Shown here one piece after another: positions 27,671-37,892 of a DNA stretch of 64,000 nucleotides. A model generated the notes under the pieces. The model saw nothing but the letters and a program-made list of their open reading frames with translations. It made no database searches and had not been told where the DNA came from. This DNA is from a bacterium (GTDB lineage: Bacteria > Patescibacteriota > Minisyncoccia > Sungbacterales > SURF-37). A program made the position numbers and the translations under genes. The stretch's first letter is position 1. Each line of letters opens with the position of its first letter. The DNA lies in assembly GCA_030648055.1 (NCBI GenBank), contig JAUSHI010000002.1, forward strand, positions 178 to 64,177, read 5' to 3'.

Positions 27671-30397
27671 ATGATTGAACAGAATTTGTCGGCGCAAAAT
27701 CATATTCAGAAGGACGGACATATAAACTGGCATAGTTTATATCTTGAAGAGGTATATGAAATACTGCGGACAAAGCCGGGCGGGCTGAGCCAAGAAGATG
27801 GCAGCGGCCGGCTTTTTAAATATGGACCGAATGAATTTGAGGAATTTAAAAGAAGAGGATTATTTTCTATTTTTTTTGATCAACTCAAAGGAATTTTTAT
27901 AGTTATTCTTATTATTGCCGCGGTTATTTCATTTTTTTTAGGCGATACGCCGGACGCGGTAATTATTCTGGCTATAGTCTTGCTGAATTCCACGGTAGGT
28001 TTTGTCCAGGAATATAAAGCCGACAAAACTTTTCGCCTGCTTCAGGAATCTCTTGAAAAAAAAGCGGTTGTGATAAGAAATGGCGAAGAAATGGAAATTT
28101 TAAGGCGCTTAGTTGTTCCCGGGGACATCGCGGTTATTGAGCGCGGAAGAGTGGTGCCGGCCGACTGCCGGATAATAGAATCTAAAAATCTGCTTGTGAA
28201 CGAGTCTGTACTTACCGGGGAGTGGATGGCGGTTAAAAAGACGGCCGACGTTTTTGCAGAAGAGATGGCGCTTGCTGACAGGACAAATATGCTTTTTATG
28301 GGGACCGTTGTTGAAGATGGTTTAGCTAGAGCCGTTGTGGTTTCAACCGGACGCGATACTGAATTTGGAAAAATAGGGGAAAAAGCCCAGGCCGCTTACG
28401 ACACTAACACCCCGCTTGAAAAAGCACTGCAGAAGTTTTCGTTGTTTTTGGGTTTGTTTATTTCAGCCGTTGTGGCGCTACTTTTTGTTTTGGGTTTGAT
28501 AAAAAATGTGCCACCCCTGCAGATGTTTTTGAGTTCCGTAGCTTTGGCCGTCGCCGCAGTACCGGAAGGGCTTGCTGTCGCACTTACCATAATTCTCGCC
28601 ATAGGTATGAAGAGGATTCTTCAGCACCGGGGTTTGGTGCGGAAGCTTCTGGCCGCCGAAACTCTGGGCTCGGTATCGCTTATCGCGACGGATAAAACCG
28701 GAACCATTACAGAGGCGCGCATGCAGGTTTCGCATGTTATTACTGGTACGAAGGAGCTTTTTCGAGATGGCGATGGACGCATGCCCGCGCTTGGGTCGGC
28801 CTCAAGCGATGAATCGCACATGCTTGCCTTGAAATTTGTTGCTATAACAAGCGAGGCGGTTATTGAAAATCCTGAAGCTGAGCTTGAGGAATACAGAATT
28901 CGCGGCCGACCGACTGATCGGGCGCTTACCGAGGCCGCGCTGGAAGCTGGCTTGCGAAAAGATGATTTTGCGGCTAAAGGCGGAATCCTTGATACTTTAT
29001 CATTTGATGAAACAAGAAAGTTTAGTGCCGCGATTATCCGCGGGGAAAAAGAAAATACTCTTGCCGTGGTTGGTGCGCCCGAAAAAATTCTTGAAAATTC
29101 GCGGGAGCTTCATGTGGACGGCCACACTGCCTCACTGAAGTCGGAATATTTTCAAAAAATTAGTGAACGCTACGCATATTTGGTCCGGTCCGGATTGCGG
29201 GTTGTTGCGGTCGCGCACAAAGACACAAACGAGATAAAAATAAATCTAAAAAGCGAAACACTTATCTCTGGATTATCCTTCGTAGGTTTTATTGCTATGC
29301 GCGATCCGGTTAGAAAGGAAGTGGCCGAAGCCATAGTCGCATCCAGGGAAGCTGGCATTAAAACGGTCATTATAACGGGAGATCACGCTTCAACCGCGCG
29401 GGCCGTTGCCGCTGAAGTCGGTCTTAAAATTTCTGAAAAAGAAACAATGGAAGGAAGCGAGCTTGAAACTTTAAGCCAGGAAGCATTGCGGGAGCGAGCC
29501 GGGAGCATTATTCTTTTCGCGCGAGTCTCTCCTGAACATAAAGTTCGTATTGTTGAGGCTTTTCAAAAAAATGGCGAATCGGTGGCTATGGTCGGCGACG
29601 GAATTAATGATGCCCCGGCTTTAAAGCAGGCAGAAATCGGCGTGGTTTTGGAGAGCGGGACGGATGTCGCTAAGAGCTCCGCGGACCTGCTGCTTTTAAA
29701 TAATAGTTTCGCGACCATTATTGCCGCAATCCGCGAAGGCAGAACTATCGTTGAGAATTTGCGCAAGACGCTTGTTTTTCTTCTTTCCGACGGTTTTACC
29801 GAGGTTGTCATCGTTGCTTTGAGCATTTTGTTTCATTTTCCTCTGCCGCTTTTGCCCGCGCAGATTTTATGGATAAATCTGATTGAAGATAGCTTGCCGT
29901 CCTTGGCTTTAGCTTTTGAAAAGGGCAGTCCTGAATTAATGCGTATGGGGCCTGAAAAAAAATTAAAACTTTTAGATGGGAAATTAAGCATGCTTATAGT
30001 TTTTTTCGGGGTGATAGTCAGCGTTTCTGCTTTCGGCTTATTTTGGTGGCTATACAAGACCGGCGGCTCTATAGAATACGCGCGAACCATGGTTTTAGCG
30101 CTTGTCGGCGTAAATTCTTTATTCTATGTGTTCAGTGTTAAAAATTTGCGAGGCACAATTTTCAGCGGGCGATTATTTGATAATCTTTTTCTTATTGCTT
30201 CTCTTTTTGTCGGTTTTCTTCTTATGGCTACGGCGGTTTATGCTCCGGTTTTACAAAAACTTCTGGAAACAGTTCCGCTTCACGCTTTGGATTGGGCCGT
30301 GATTGTGGTATTTGGCGTATTTAACATTGTTTTGATTGAGATTCTGAAATTTGTTTTTCTTCGTTTCGCCCCGCGAAACGGGTTTTTTAAGATATGA
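27671..30397 (+). CDS. P-type (IIA-like, Ca2+) cation-transporting ATPase
   Basis: PEGL, DKTGT, TGD, GDGINDAPAL. Confidence 0.95.
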   Translation: MIEQNLSAQNHIQKDGHINWHSLYLEEVYEILRTKPGGLSQEDGSGRLFKYGPNEFEEFKRRGLFSIFFDQLKGIFIVILIIAAVISFFLGDTPDAVIILAIVLLNSTVGFVQEYKADKTFRLLQESLEKKAVVIRNGEEMEILRRLVVPGDIAVIERGRVVPADCRIIESKNLLVNESVLTGEWMAVKKTADVFAEEMALADRTNMLFMGTVVEDGLARAVVVSTGRDTEFGKIGEKAQAAYDTNTPLEKALQKFSLFLGLFISAVVALLFVLGLIKNVPPLQMFLSSVALAVAAVPEGLAVALTIILAIGMKRILQHRGLVRKLLAAETLGSVSLIATDKTGTITEARMQVSHVITGTKELFRDGDGRMPALGSASSDESHMLALKFVAITSEAVIENPEAELEEYRIRGRPTDRALTEAALEAGLRKDDFAAKGGILDTLSFDETRKFSAAIIRGEKENTLAVVGAPEKILENSRELHVDGHTASLKSEYFQKISERYAYLVRSGLRVVAVAHKDTNEIKINLKSETLISGLSFVGFIAMRDPVRKEVAEAIVASREAGIKTVIITGDHASTARAVAAEVGLKISEKETMEGSELETLSQEALRERAGSIILFARVSPEHKVRIVEAFQKNGESVAMVGDGINDAPALKQAEIGVVLESGTDVAKSSADLLLLNNSFATIIAAIREGRTIVENLRKTLVFLLSDGFTEVVIVALSILFHFPLPLLPAQILWINLIEDSLPSLALAFEKGSPELMRMGPEKKLKLLDGKLSMLIVFFGVIVSVSAFGLFWWLYKTGGSIEYARTMVLALVGVNSLFYVFSVKNLRGTIFSGRLFDNLFLIASLFVGFLLMATAVYAPVLQKLLETVPLHALDWAVIVVFGVFNIVLIEILKFVFLRFAPRNGFFKI

Positions 30398-31353
30398 CGA
30401 CCACTTGGATTTTTATACTTTTTGTGTTTGGCATCGCGCTTTTGGTGCGTACCAGCGGCTGGATGGTGTCGCTTTTAACGTGGATAGCGCGCTATTTGAA
30501 GATGAGCGAATACACGGCCGCCTTTATTTTGATGGCCGCGGCCACTTCTATTCCCGAGCTTTTTGTGGGCATCAATTCGGCACTCACCGGCTTTCCCGTG
30601 CTTTCTTTTGGTAACATTCTTGGCGCAAATATTTTGAATGTAACGCTCGTGCTCGGAGTGGCCGCAATTTTTCGGGCGATTACATTGGAAGACGAACGTA
30701 TTATTCACGGCGCAAGCTTCATATTCACACTTACCTTTACTCCGCTAATCATGCTTCTTGACGGAGTTCTTTCCCGGATTGACGGAGCTCTGCTTATTCT
30801 GGTTTTCTTTGCTTATCTCAGGTATTTGTTTGTTATTTCGCACAATTTGGGACAAGCCATAAATAACATTGAGCAGACCGTGTCAACGTTCGGCGAGTTC
30901 GTTAAAAAAATTTTTCTTTTTATCGGCGGAGTGGTTATATTGCTTATCGCGAGCCGCATTGTGGTATTTGCCGCCGAGGCCTTAGCGGTCCGCTTTGGCA
31001 TTTCTGCGTTTCTTGTCGGGCTGGTTGTAATTTCTTTGGGTACCACCCTGCCCGAACTCACCTTTAGTATCCGTTCTACGCTTAGTCGCAAGGGCGCTAT
31101 GAGTTTTGGCAATGCCATCGGCAGCGTAGTATTCAATCTTTTATTCATTCTCGGGGTGGTAGCGGTAATTCAGCCTATCGTGCTTCAAGGTACAAAAACT
31201 CCGGTGTTTATGAGTTTGTTGACCGTTACCGGAATTTCTTTGCTACTTTACATAACCTCTCGTATTTTCGGGCGGATTTCACGTCTCATGGGAATTTTTC
31301 TCGTTGCGGTATACATTACGGTTGCGTTGTTTATTTTTCAACTTTCTTTTTAA
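30394..31353 (+). CDS. Na+/Ca2+ exchanger (CaCA, YrbG-like)
   Basis: Alpha repeats 'ATSIPE...GNILGAN' and 'GTTLPE...GNAIGS'. Confidence 0.92.
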   Translation: MTTTWIFILFVFGIALLVRTSGWMVSLLTWIARYLKMSEYTAAFILMAAATSIPELFVGINSALTGFPVLSFGNILGANILNVTLVLGVAAIFRAITLEDERIIHGASFIFTLTFTPLIMLLDGVLSRIDGALLILVFFAYLRYLFVISHNLGQAINNIEQTVSTFGEFVKKIFLFIGGVVILLIASRIVVFAAEALAVRFGISAFLVGLVVISLGTTLPELTFSIRSTLSRKGAMSFGNAIGSVVFNLLFILGVVAVIQPIVLQGTKTPVFMSLLTVTGISLLLYITSRIFGRISRLMGIFLVAVYITVALFIFQLSF

Positions 31354-31377
31354 CAGTAAGAATGTTAGTTTATCGGT

Positions 31378-32472
31378 ATGGAAGCGGTTTTTCTTATTAT
31401 GGTGCTTGTTATTGTTGTTGTCGGTTTTGCCGGAATTTTTTGGCTATTGTCAATGAAAAAAAATGCCCCCGGGGAATCAGAAAAATTAGGAGCGTTTATG
31501 GAACGGCTTTCACAACTTGTCGAACAAAATCGTGAATTGCGCCAGACACTTGATGCGAAACTTAGCGAAACTCATCGGGTAAATCAGCAACAATTCACTC
31601 AAGCCACTCAACTGATGCAGGGAATTTCCGGCCAATCGGCCAAACTTATTGCCGAAGTGACGGAAAAATTGACCAAGCTTGATGAGACCAATAAACAAGT
31701 TATTAATTTTTCCGGACAACTCCAAAATCTCCAGGATATTTTAAAAAATCCGAAACAGCGCGGAATTCTGGGAGAATATTATCTGGAAACGGTACTTAAA
31801 AATGTTTTACCGCCGGGGTCATATCAAATGCAATATCCGTTTTCCGATAAGGTTATCGTGGACGCGGTTGTTTTTCTTGATAAGCGCATTATTCCCATTG
31901 ATTCAAAATTCAGCCTTGAAAATTATAATCGTATTTTAGAAGCCCGCGATCCAACTGAAAAAAAGCGTTATGAGGCGGCTTTGGTCGCGGACCTTAAAAC
32001 CCGAATTGATGAAACGGCAAAATATGTTAAACCGGAAGAAAATACGACAGATTTTGCGTTTATGTTTATTCCGTCTGAAGCGGTGTATTATGACTTGCTG
32101 ATTAATAAGGTCGGCGCTGTGGAGGACAACACAAGAAATCTGATCCACTACGCGGGGCAAAAGAAGGTTATCATCGTTTCTCCAACGTCATTTTTAGCTT
32201 ATTTGCAGACCGTGCTTCAGGGTCTAAAAAATCAAAAAATTTCAGAGCAAGCTAAGGTGATTATAAAACAAGTTGAAAATTTGGGTAAACATTTAATATC
32301 TTTTGAAGACTATCTTCAGCGTATAGGGAAAAATTTAGGAACGACGGTAAGTATGTATAACAATGCGTATAAAGAATTCGGTAAAATTGATAAAGATGTG
32401 TTTAGAATTACGGGTGAGGCGCCGGGTATAGAGCCGGTTGTTATAAAAAAACCGGAAGACGTGGAGGAGTAG
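31378..32472 (+). CDS. rmuC: DNA recombination protein RmuC
   Basis: 'KQRGILGE', 'IDSKF', 'FMFIPSEAVY', 'SPTS'. Confidence 0.93.
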   Translation: MEAVFLIMVLVIVVVGFAGIFWLLSMKKNAPGESEKLGAFMERLSQLVEQNRELRQTLDAKLSETHRVNQQQFTQATQLMQGISGQSAKLIAEVTEKLTKLDETNKQVINFSGQLQNLQDILKNPKQRGILGEYYLETVLKNVLPPGSYQMQYPFSDKVIVDAVVFLDKRIIPIDSKFSLENYNRILEARDPTEKKRYEAALVADLKTRIDETAKYVKPEENTTDFAFMFIPSEAVYYDLLINKVGAVEDNTRNLIHYAGQKKVIIVSPTSFLAYLQTVLQGLKNQKISEQAKVIIKQVENLGKHLISFEDYLQRIGKNLGTTVSMYNNAYKEFGKIDKDVFRITGEAPGIEPVVIKKPEDVEE

Positions 32473-32514
32473 GGAACTTGCAAAGATGGCGAGTTTTTGT
32501 TAAATTCGTTAGGT

Positions 32515-32829
32515 ATGTCTTTTGCAGTAATTAAAACCGGCGGGAAGCAGTACAGGGTAGAGCCGGGCCAAAAATTAAGAATAGAGAAGTGTGAGGCTGA
32601 AAAGGGCGGCGAAATTAGTTTTGATGAAGTTTTGCTTATTGTAGACGGCGATAAAGTTGAAATTGGAATGCCGCGCATAAGAAACGCTAAAGTTGAGGCC
32701 GAGGTTTTGGAGCAAGGCCGGGAAAAGAAAAAAATTGTTTTTAAATATCACGCCAAATCCCGATACCGCAAACTTAAAGGACATCGACAGCCGTTTACGG
32801 AAGTTATGATAAAAAAGATAGTCTGCTGA
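32515..32829 (+). CDS. rplU: 50S ribosomal protein L21
   Basis: 'FAVIKTGGKQYRV...GHRQPFT'. Confidence 0.97.
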   Translation: MSFAVIKTGGKQYRVEPGQKLRIEKCEAEKGGEISFDEVLLIVDGDKVEIGMPRIRNAKVEAEVLEQGREKKKIVFKYHAKSRYRKLKGHRQPFTEVMIKKIVC

Positions 32830-32896
32830 TTTTTTTCAAAAGGCAAAAGTTAAAAGGCGCGCTTGCGCCTTTTGTGATTTTTCAAAAAGTTAGATT

Positions 32897-33421
32897 TTAT
32901 ATTTGTTCGCGGAAGCGTAGCATCCATTCGTCGGCGATTGATGATTCACATAGCCACAGCATAATATCCTCCGCTGTGAAGTTTTTCGGTTCTTCTCGCA
33001 GATGAATGGTTTTTCCTCCGCGTTTCTCTATGATGTGGTTTTGTGGCCGTAGCGCTTCTTGCGCGCTCTTCCTTTCGGCTATAGCGACAAGCCGTTCTCC
33101 AATTTTTTCCCAGAGCGTTCCTGTTTTGGGATACCCCTGCCCCCAGATTGCTAATAGTGAGGCAAGTTGTGTTTCTTCTTTGGGATGTAAAGCGGTCCAC
33201 CGCGCGAGATGTTCTTGGAATTTATAACACAAGGAACTTATTGTATTTTCATCCGCATGTTCTGATTTATTTGGCACAAGGTCATCTCGGCTTTCCAGAT
33301 CAAAAAGGACGCCCTCAACGTAAGTTCTTTCAAAGCCGGTGCGGGTGATAATGTCGTTTTTTTTCAGGCCATCACGCCACAACGCCACAACACATTCTTT
33401 ATTGGTCGGTCTCGGCCGCAT
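32897..33421 (-). CDS. Hypothetical protein with an N-terminal HTH-like motif
   Basis: AAGGAGG SD before the ATG at 33421; 'LWRDGLKKNDIITRTGFERTYVEGVL'. Confidence 0.6.
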   Translation of the reverse strand: MRPRPTNKECVVALWRDGLKKNDIITRTGFERTYVEGVLFDLESRDDLVPNKSEHADENTISSLCYKFQEHLARWTALHPKEETQLASLLAIWGQGYPKTGTLWEKIGERLVAIAERKSAQEALRPQNHIIEKRGGKTIHLREEPKNFTAEDIMLWLCESSIADEWMLRFREQI

Positions 33422-33914
33422 CGGTTGCCTCCTTTTGCTGGTAAAGTGATTTGAAGCGATTGGCGTTCGTGCCCATTTTGTCGCCATGAAGATCTAACTT
33501 CAATCCATGGGCTTTCATTTGCACGCCGTTATACGTCCGACCAAGGGCTAGGGCAATTTGTAGGATTGTCAGTTCTTTTCCGCGCGTTTCCAAGAACTCA
33601 ATCTCCCGCATGGTCCATTCCTGTCCTCGCTGCCGCGCCGAGGGCAGGGTTATTTCTTGGTGTTTTGTGTTCATTAGGCGTTGCATCTTTCTGTGCTCTT
33701 CGGGGTGGTCTTTTTTGTAGCTTTTTCTATATTTGTTTACGCGAGATCTGTTTTTGTTTATCCAGCGCTTGGACGCGGCGGCACTTGAGCCGGGGTGTCT
33801 GATATCACTTAAAACATTAGAGATGTAGCCGCGCGAAAAGCCGGTAATGGCGTGTATTTCTCCAATTGTTTCTCCTCTTCTGTGTAAGTCTTCAATCCGC
33901 GTTTTTTTGGTCAA
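33399..33914 (-). CDS. Phage-like HTH DNA-binding protein
   Basis: SD plus TTG start; 'LHRRGETIGEIHAITGFSRGYISNVL' and 'WTMREIEFL...IALALGRT'. Confidence 0.65.
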   Translation of the reverse strand: MTKKTRIEDLHRRGETIGEIHAITGFSRGYISNVLSDIRHPGSSAAASKRWINKNRSRVNKYRKSYKKDHPEEHRKMQRLMNTKHQEITLPSARQRGQEWTMREIEFLETRGKELTILQIALALGRTYNGVQMKAHGLKLDLHGDKMGTNANRFKSLYQQKEATDAAETDQ

Positions 33915-34166
33915 CAGCGCCTCCTTTTAAGTTGGAAAAGAACACAAGTAATTTGTAGCACAATATCTGTCGCTGTCAAGGCCTTTTTAGTATGTTTAGA
34001 ATGTTCCAAATAATAAGCGGTCGCTCGCTATTTGGAACATTTATTTGCATCTTATTTTTATCGGCGGGCGATAACAGATGCCAATATTTTTAGCTTTGAC
34101 GGTGAAGGTTTATTCATGTTATGCCTTAAGCAAGGTTTATGTTCTTTTACAAAAGGAGAAAAAGAG

Positions 34167-34463
34167 ATGTTTATCCTTCTTCTTGTTTTTGCCGGATTGG
34201 TTATCGTTGTTGTTTGTGCTTTGCGTATTTTTGAAATTCGCCGTAATAGGGCAATGGATCGGCTTTCCGGAATGGTGGATTTCGGAGAAATCGAAAAGAT
34301 GCTTGTTGTATGGAAAGCCCAAAATCCAGATAAGAATTATTCGCATCCCGAAGCCCAGCGCCTGATCAGGGCATGCATCAGCGAGATAGCCCGCCACAGA
34401 AGCGACAACCCGCATGGCGACGCGGAACAACACATCTCCAAGCTCATAATGATGCTTAATTAA
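34167..34463 (+). CDS. Small membrane-anchored hypothetical protein
   Basis: AAGGAG SD; N-terminal TM helix. Confidence 0.6.
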   Translation: MFILLLVFAGLVIVVVCALRIFEIRRNRAMDRLSGMVDFGEIEKMLVVWKAQNPDKNYSHPEAQRLIRACISEIARHRSDNPHGDAEQHISKLIMMLN

Positions 34464-34562
34464 AAAAACCGCCACGTAGTTGTGGCTTTTTTCTTTTTTA
34501 AAAGATATTCATTGTATTTGGCACTTACTTGCTATAGCAGATAAGTGCTATAAAGAGGATTT

Positions 34563-35183
34563 TTATTTTCTGTTTGCCAGCGCGTTTACAATTGTCATTT
34601 CATCCGAGTATTCAAGTTCGGTTCCGGTGGTGAGGCCCCGGCCGAGGCGGGATATTTTAATTTCTAAAGGCCGCAGTACTCTTTCAAGATAGAGAGCGGT
34701 TGAGTCACCATCCGTAGTGGCGTTCGTCGCGAGAATTATTTCAACGTCATTTCCCGAATTTTTAAGGGTTTTCGTTCGCTCAAATAATTCTTTAATATGC
34801 AGTCGTGCTGGCGCGGATGAATCCAGTGGGTCAATGGTACCGTTTAATACGTGATACACGCCGTTGAATTTTCCAGTGCGTTCAATGTTGGCCAGATCCG
34901 CTTCTTTTTCCACCACCATAAGAACGGTTTTTGCGCGACTGCCGCCGCGGCAATGTTCGCAGAGATTGTTCGCCGGTTTTTCTGTTAACTCAATTGACTT
35001 ATAGCAGGAAGCGCAAAATCCGACTTTGCCGTGAAGATTTTTTATGGTGTCAGCCAAGCGCGTTACGGTTTCTCTGTTCTCACCCAAAAGATGGAAGGCA
35101 AAACGCGCCGCTTGGCGCGGCCCGATTCCCGGAAAACGGGTAAAGGCGTCAATTAGTTTTTGGATTGATTGGGGATAGGCCAT
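34563..35183 (-). CDS. recR: Recombination mediator RecR
   Basis: HhH 'FPGIGPRQAAR', C4 zinc finger, TOPRIM 'ATNATTDGDSTA'. Confidence 0.96.
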   Translation of the reverse strand: MAYPQSIQKLIDAFTRFPGIGPRQAARFAFHLLGENRETVTRLADTIKNLHGKVGFCASCYKSIELTEKPANNLCEHCRGGSRAKTVLMVVEKEADLANIERTGKFNGVYHVLNGTIDPLDSSAPARLHIKELFERTKTLKNSGNDVEIILATNATTDGDSTALYLERVLRPLEIKISRLGRGLTTGTELEYSDEMTIVNALANRK

Positions 35184-35239
35184 AAAGAAATTATTCTTTT
35201 GGGACTTGACAGAAGTAAGCCATTGCGTTAGTATTATTC

Positions 35240-35310
35240 TATAAAGGGCTGGCCTTCGTGCCATTTACGCCCAATAGACAATGGTCGCCTTCGGGCGGCC
35301 ACTTTTTTTT
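35240..35310 (+). ncRNA. Candidate ~70-nt sRNA antisense to the dnaB-recR junction
   Basis: TTGACA-N17-TAGTAT (35206-34), a hairpin, and a strong UUCG terminator with a T-run. Confidence 0.45.
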
Positions 35311-35311
35311 A

Positions 35312-36670
35312 TTAAAACGCGCTTTCTTCAGAATTCTTCGCAAGGTCGTAAAAACTCACCGTGTTTTCATCAAATCCAAGCTCAATACTACCGGTCGGGC
35401 CGTTTCTATGTTTGGCGATAATAATTTCAGCAATGCCTTTCTTTTCCATGTTCTTTTTGGCAAGGTCGGGGCGATAAATAAACATAACCACATCGGCATC
35501 CTGTTCAATTGAGCCCGACTCTCTCAAGTCGGAAAGTTTTGGAACCGCGTCCTGGCGCATTTCTACCGCGCGCGAAAGCTGGGATATGGCAAGCACCGGC
35601 AGATTAAGCTCTTTGGCGAGGGCCTTCAGCGACCGCGATATTTCGGACACTTCCTGCACCCTGTTTTCGGAGCGGTCAGAGCCCTGTATCAGTTGAAGAT
35701 AGTCAACAATGACGAGGCCGAGCTTTTTTTCCTGCGCCTGCAGGCGGCGGGCCATTGCGCGAATTTGCATTACGGTCGGCGAGGCAACATCGTCCAAAAA
35801 GATCGGCGCTTTGGAAAGAGTGTTCATCGCTTTTTGAATTTCGCCCAAATCGTCATCGGAAAGATTTCCAGCTCTTAATTTCCACAAATCAACTCCGGCC
35901 TCGGAGGCGAGCAATCTGTCAATGAGCTGGTCTTTGGACATTTCAAGCGAAAACACGCCGACGGGGATATTATTTTTCGCGGCCCTTCGCGCGATATCAA
36001 GCGCGAGAGTTGTTTTGCCCAAGCTCGGCCGCGCGGCGAGCACCACAAGGTCGGACTTTTGAAGGCCGGACAATTTTTTATCAAGGTCAATGAAGCCCGT
36101 CTCAACTCCACGGTACTTATGTTTTCCCGATTGCATATCCTCAATTCTTAGCCAGGCGGCCTCCAGCACTTCTTTTACATGGAGAAAGGCTTGTTGCAGA
36201 GAATTTTGCGAGATGCCGAATATTTTTTGTTCAGCCTCGTCTAGTAGTTTTTCAATGTCTCCTTTTTCGTCGTAAGCGATTTCCGAAATGTGTGATGCCG
36301 CGGAAATAAGGTCGCGGTGGATGCGTTTTCTTTGCACGACTTTCGCCCAGTGGTTGACGCTGGATGACGTGGGCACGGTGTTTACAAGGGATGTGAGGTA
36401 AGTCATGCCTCCGACCGTTTCAAGTTCTTTTGTTTCTTTAAGGCGGCTCTTTACACTGACCACATCTATCGGTTCACTTTTTTCAGCGAGGTCAAGCATC
36501 GCCTTGTATATTAATTGATGGGTCGGCTTATAGAAATCAACCGGTTGGAGTAATCCAAGAATGCGGAAAATAGCTTCTTTATCAAGCATAAGCGCGCCGA
36601 GGACGGACATTTCGGCGTCTATATTTTGGGGCGGAATCCGCACCCCTATTTTTTCTAAATCTCGAGCCAT
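35312..36670 (-). CDS. dnaB: Replicative DNA helicase
   Basis: 'PPQNIDAE', 'ARPSLGKT', 'IVDYLQL', 'DLRESGSIEQDAD'. Confidence 0.98.
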   Translation of the reverse strand: MARDLEKIGVRIPPQNIDAEMSVLGALMLDKEAIFRILGLLQPVDFYKPTHQLIYKAMLDLAEKSEPIDVVSVKSRLKETKELETVGGMTYLTSLVNTVPTSSSVNHWAKVVQRKRIHRDLISAASHISEIAYDEKGDIEKLLDEAEQKIFGISQNSLQQAFLHVKEVLEAAWLRIEDMQSGKHKYRGVETGFIDLDKKLSGLQKSDLVVLAARPSLGKTTLALDIARRAAKNNIPVGVFSLEMSKDQLIDRLLASEAGVDLWKLRAGNLSDDDLGEIQKAMNTLSKAPIFLDDVASPTVMQIRAMARRLQAQEKKLGLVIVDYLQLIQGSDRSENRVQEVSEISRSLKALAKELNLPVLAISQLSRAVEMRQDAVPKLSDLRESGSIEQDADVVMFIYRPDLAKKNMEKKGIAEIIIAKHRNGPTGSIELGFDENTVSFYDLAKNSEESAF

Positions 36671-36885
36671 GAATATATTATACTCTACGTTAAGAGCGCG
36701 AATCAGCGCAAGGTTTATTGTCTGGGTATAAAGTGTGGGTGGCTTAATGTTCATATAACATCCAGTGGCTTGACTTATCATTGGCATATGCTATCCTAAT
36801 GCAAGTTCTTAAGGTACCGCACGGCTCGTCAATAAGGCGGGTTATGGATCGGTGCCACAATTAAATAAAAAGAAAGGAGTTGTTG

Positions 36886-37662
36886 ATGAATGGTTTCATG
36901 CAGTGGTTCAGGGAAAAGAAAAAGGAAACGCTCACCGCGCTTGCGTTGACGGTTTTCTTAGGCGTAACGGTGGGGCCGTTTCTTGCCGCACGTTTGTATG
37001 GTTTCGCAACCGATCTTCTCGGCACCGTAGTCGCGTTACTCGTGCTCGCCGGAATCATTGTTCTCACGCCAACCATACTTTATCGGATTTCTCTTTTGGC
37101 GTATCGCGACAAGCAGAGAGCTATTGAAAAAGATCCAACAGCGGCTCTCATGATTGATCTTAAGGGGTTTCGTGAAGATGTTGCTGAGGGCGAAAAGACA
37201 CTTAGCGCGTTTGACGGCGATATCGCCGCAATCGATGAAGTACTGCGGGTCAGGGCCAAACATTTGAGGCCTGAAGACGTTGCCTTTTTCAAAGAGCAAC
37301 AGAGGGTGTTGGTTGAGGACCGCGGAACTTTCGAGCGCGGGCTTACAGAGAATTGTCACGAGCTCGGGGAATTTGAAGCCGAAGTCGTGCGAGCCGGTGT
37401 CATGCAGGATATCGGCAATCGGATGCAGAAGGCGGCTGACCGTTTGGCGCCAACTCATAAGCGAGGTATGGAGAGCGATGAGACTCTTACTGCTCTTCGG
37501 GCTTTGGCCAGCAGGGTGGCATCCGCCCGTTCTCAGCTCAGAATAAGTCTTGAGCGGAGTACGCTTGCAGTGCTTCAGCTTCCGGCCGGAGGGAATGTTT
37601 CGGTTTTTGAACTTCCCAGTCAGAAGCCTCGGGTTCTGGTTCAGCGTAATCCAACACCGTAG
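36886..37662 (+). CDS. Two-TM protein with a PspA/IM30-like coiled coil
   Basis: Two TM helices followed by a long helical region; AAGGAG SD. Confidence 0.6.
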   Translation: MNGFMQWFREKKKETLTALALTVFLGVTVGPFLAARLYGFATDLLGTVVALLVLAGIIVLTPTILYRISLLAYRDKQRAIEKDPTAALMIDLKGFREDVAEGEKTLSAFDGDIAAIDEVLRVRAKHLRPEDVAFFKEQQRVLVEDRGTFERGLTENCHELGEFEAEVVRAGVMQDIGNRMQKAADRLAPTHKRGMESDETLTALRALASRVASARSQLRISLERSTLAVLQLPAGGNVSVFELPSQKPRVLVQRNPTP

Positions 37663-37677
37663 GAAGGAGGTGACACC

Positions 37678-37830
37678 ATGCGGCGAATCGTAGCCATTGG
37701 TATTCTCGTCTTTGTTGTTCTGGCCGGAATCGCGTTTCTTGTTCTTCGTGACGACGGTAGTTCGTCCAGTTCGCGTTCGGCGCCTTCGGCTCCTGCCGGT
37801 GGCGGGCTCAAGGACTTCCGCGTTCCGTAG
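37678..37830 (+). CDS. Small single-TM protein (50 aa, not in the ORF track)
   Basis: AAGGAGG SD; MRRIVAIGILVFVVLAGIAFLVLRDDGSSSSSRSAPSAPAGGGLKDFRVP. Confidence 0.7.
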   Translation: MRRIVAIGILVFVVLAGIAFLVLRDDGSSSSSRSAPSAPAGGGLKDFRVP

Positions 37831-37892
37831 TTCCAAACGCGGCGCTCGGAAACGGTCTTGCAGTTAACCTCTAACAAGAAAGGGAGGAACTC

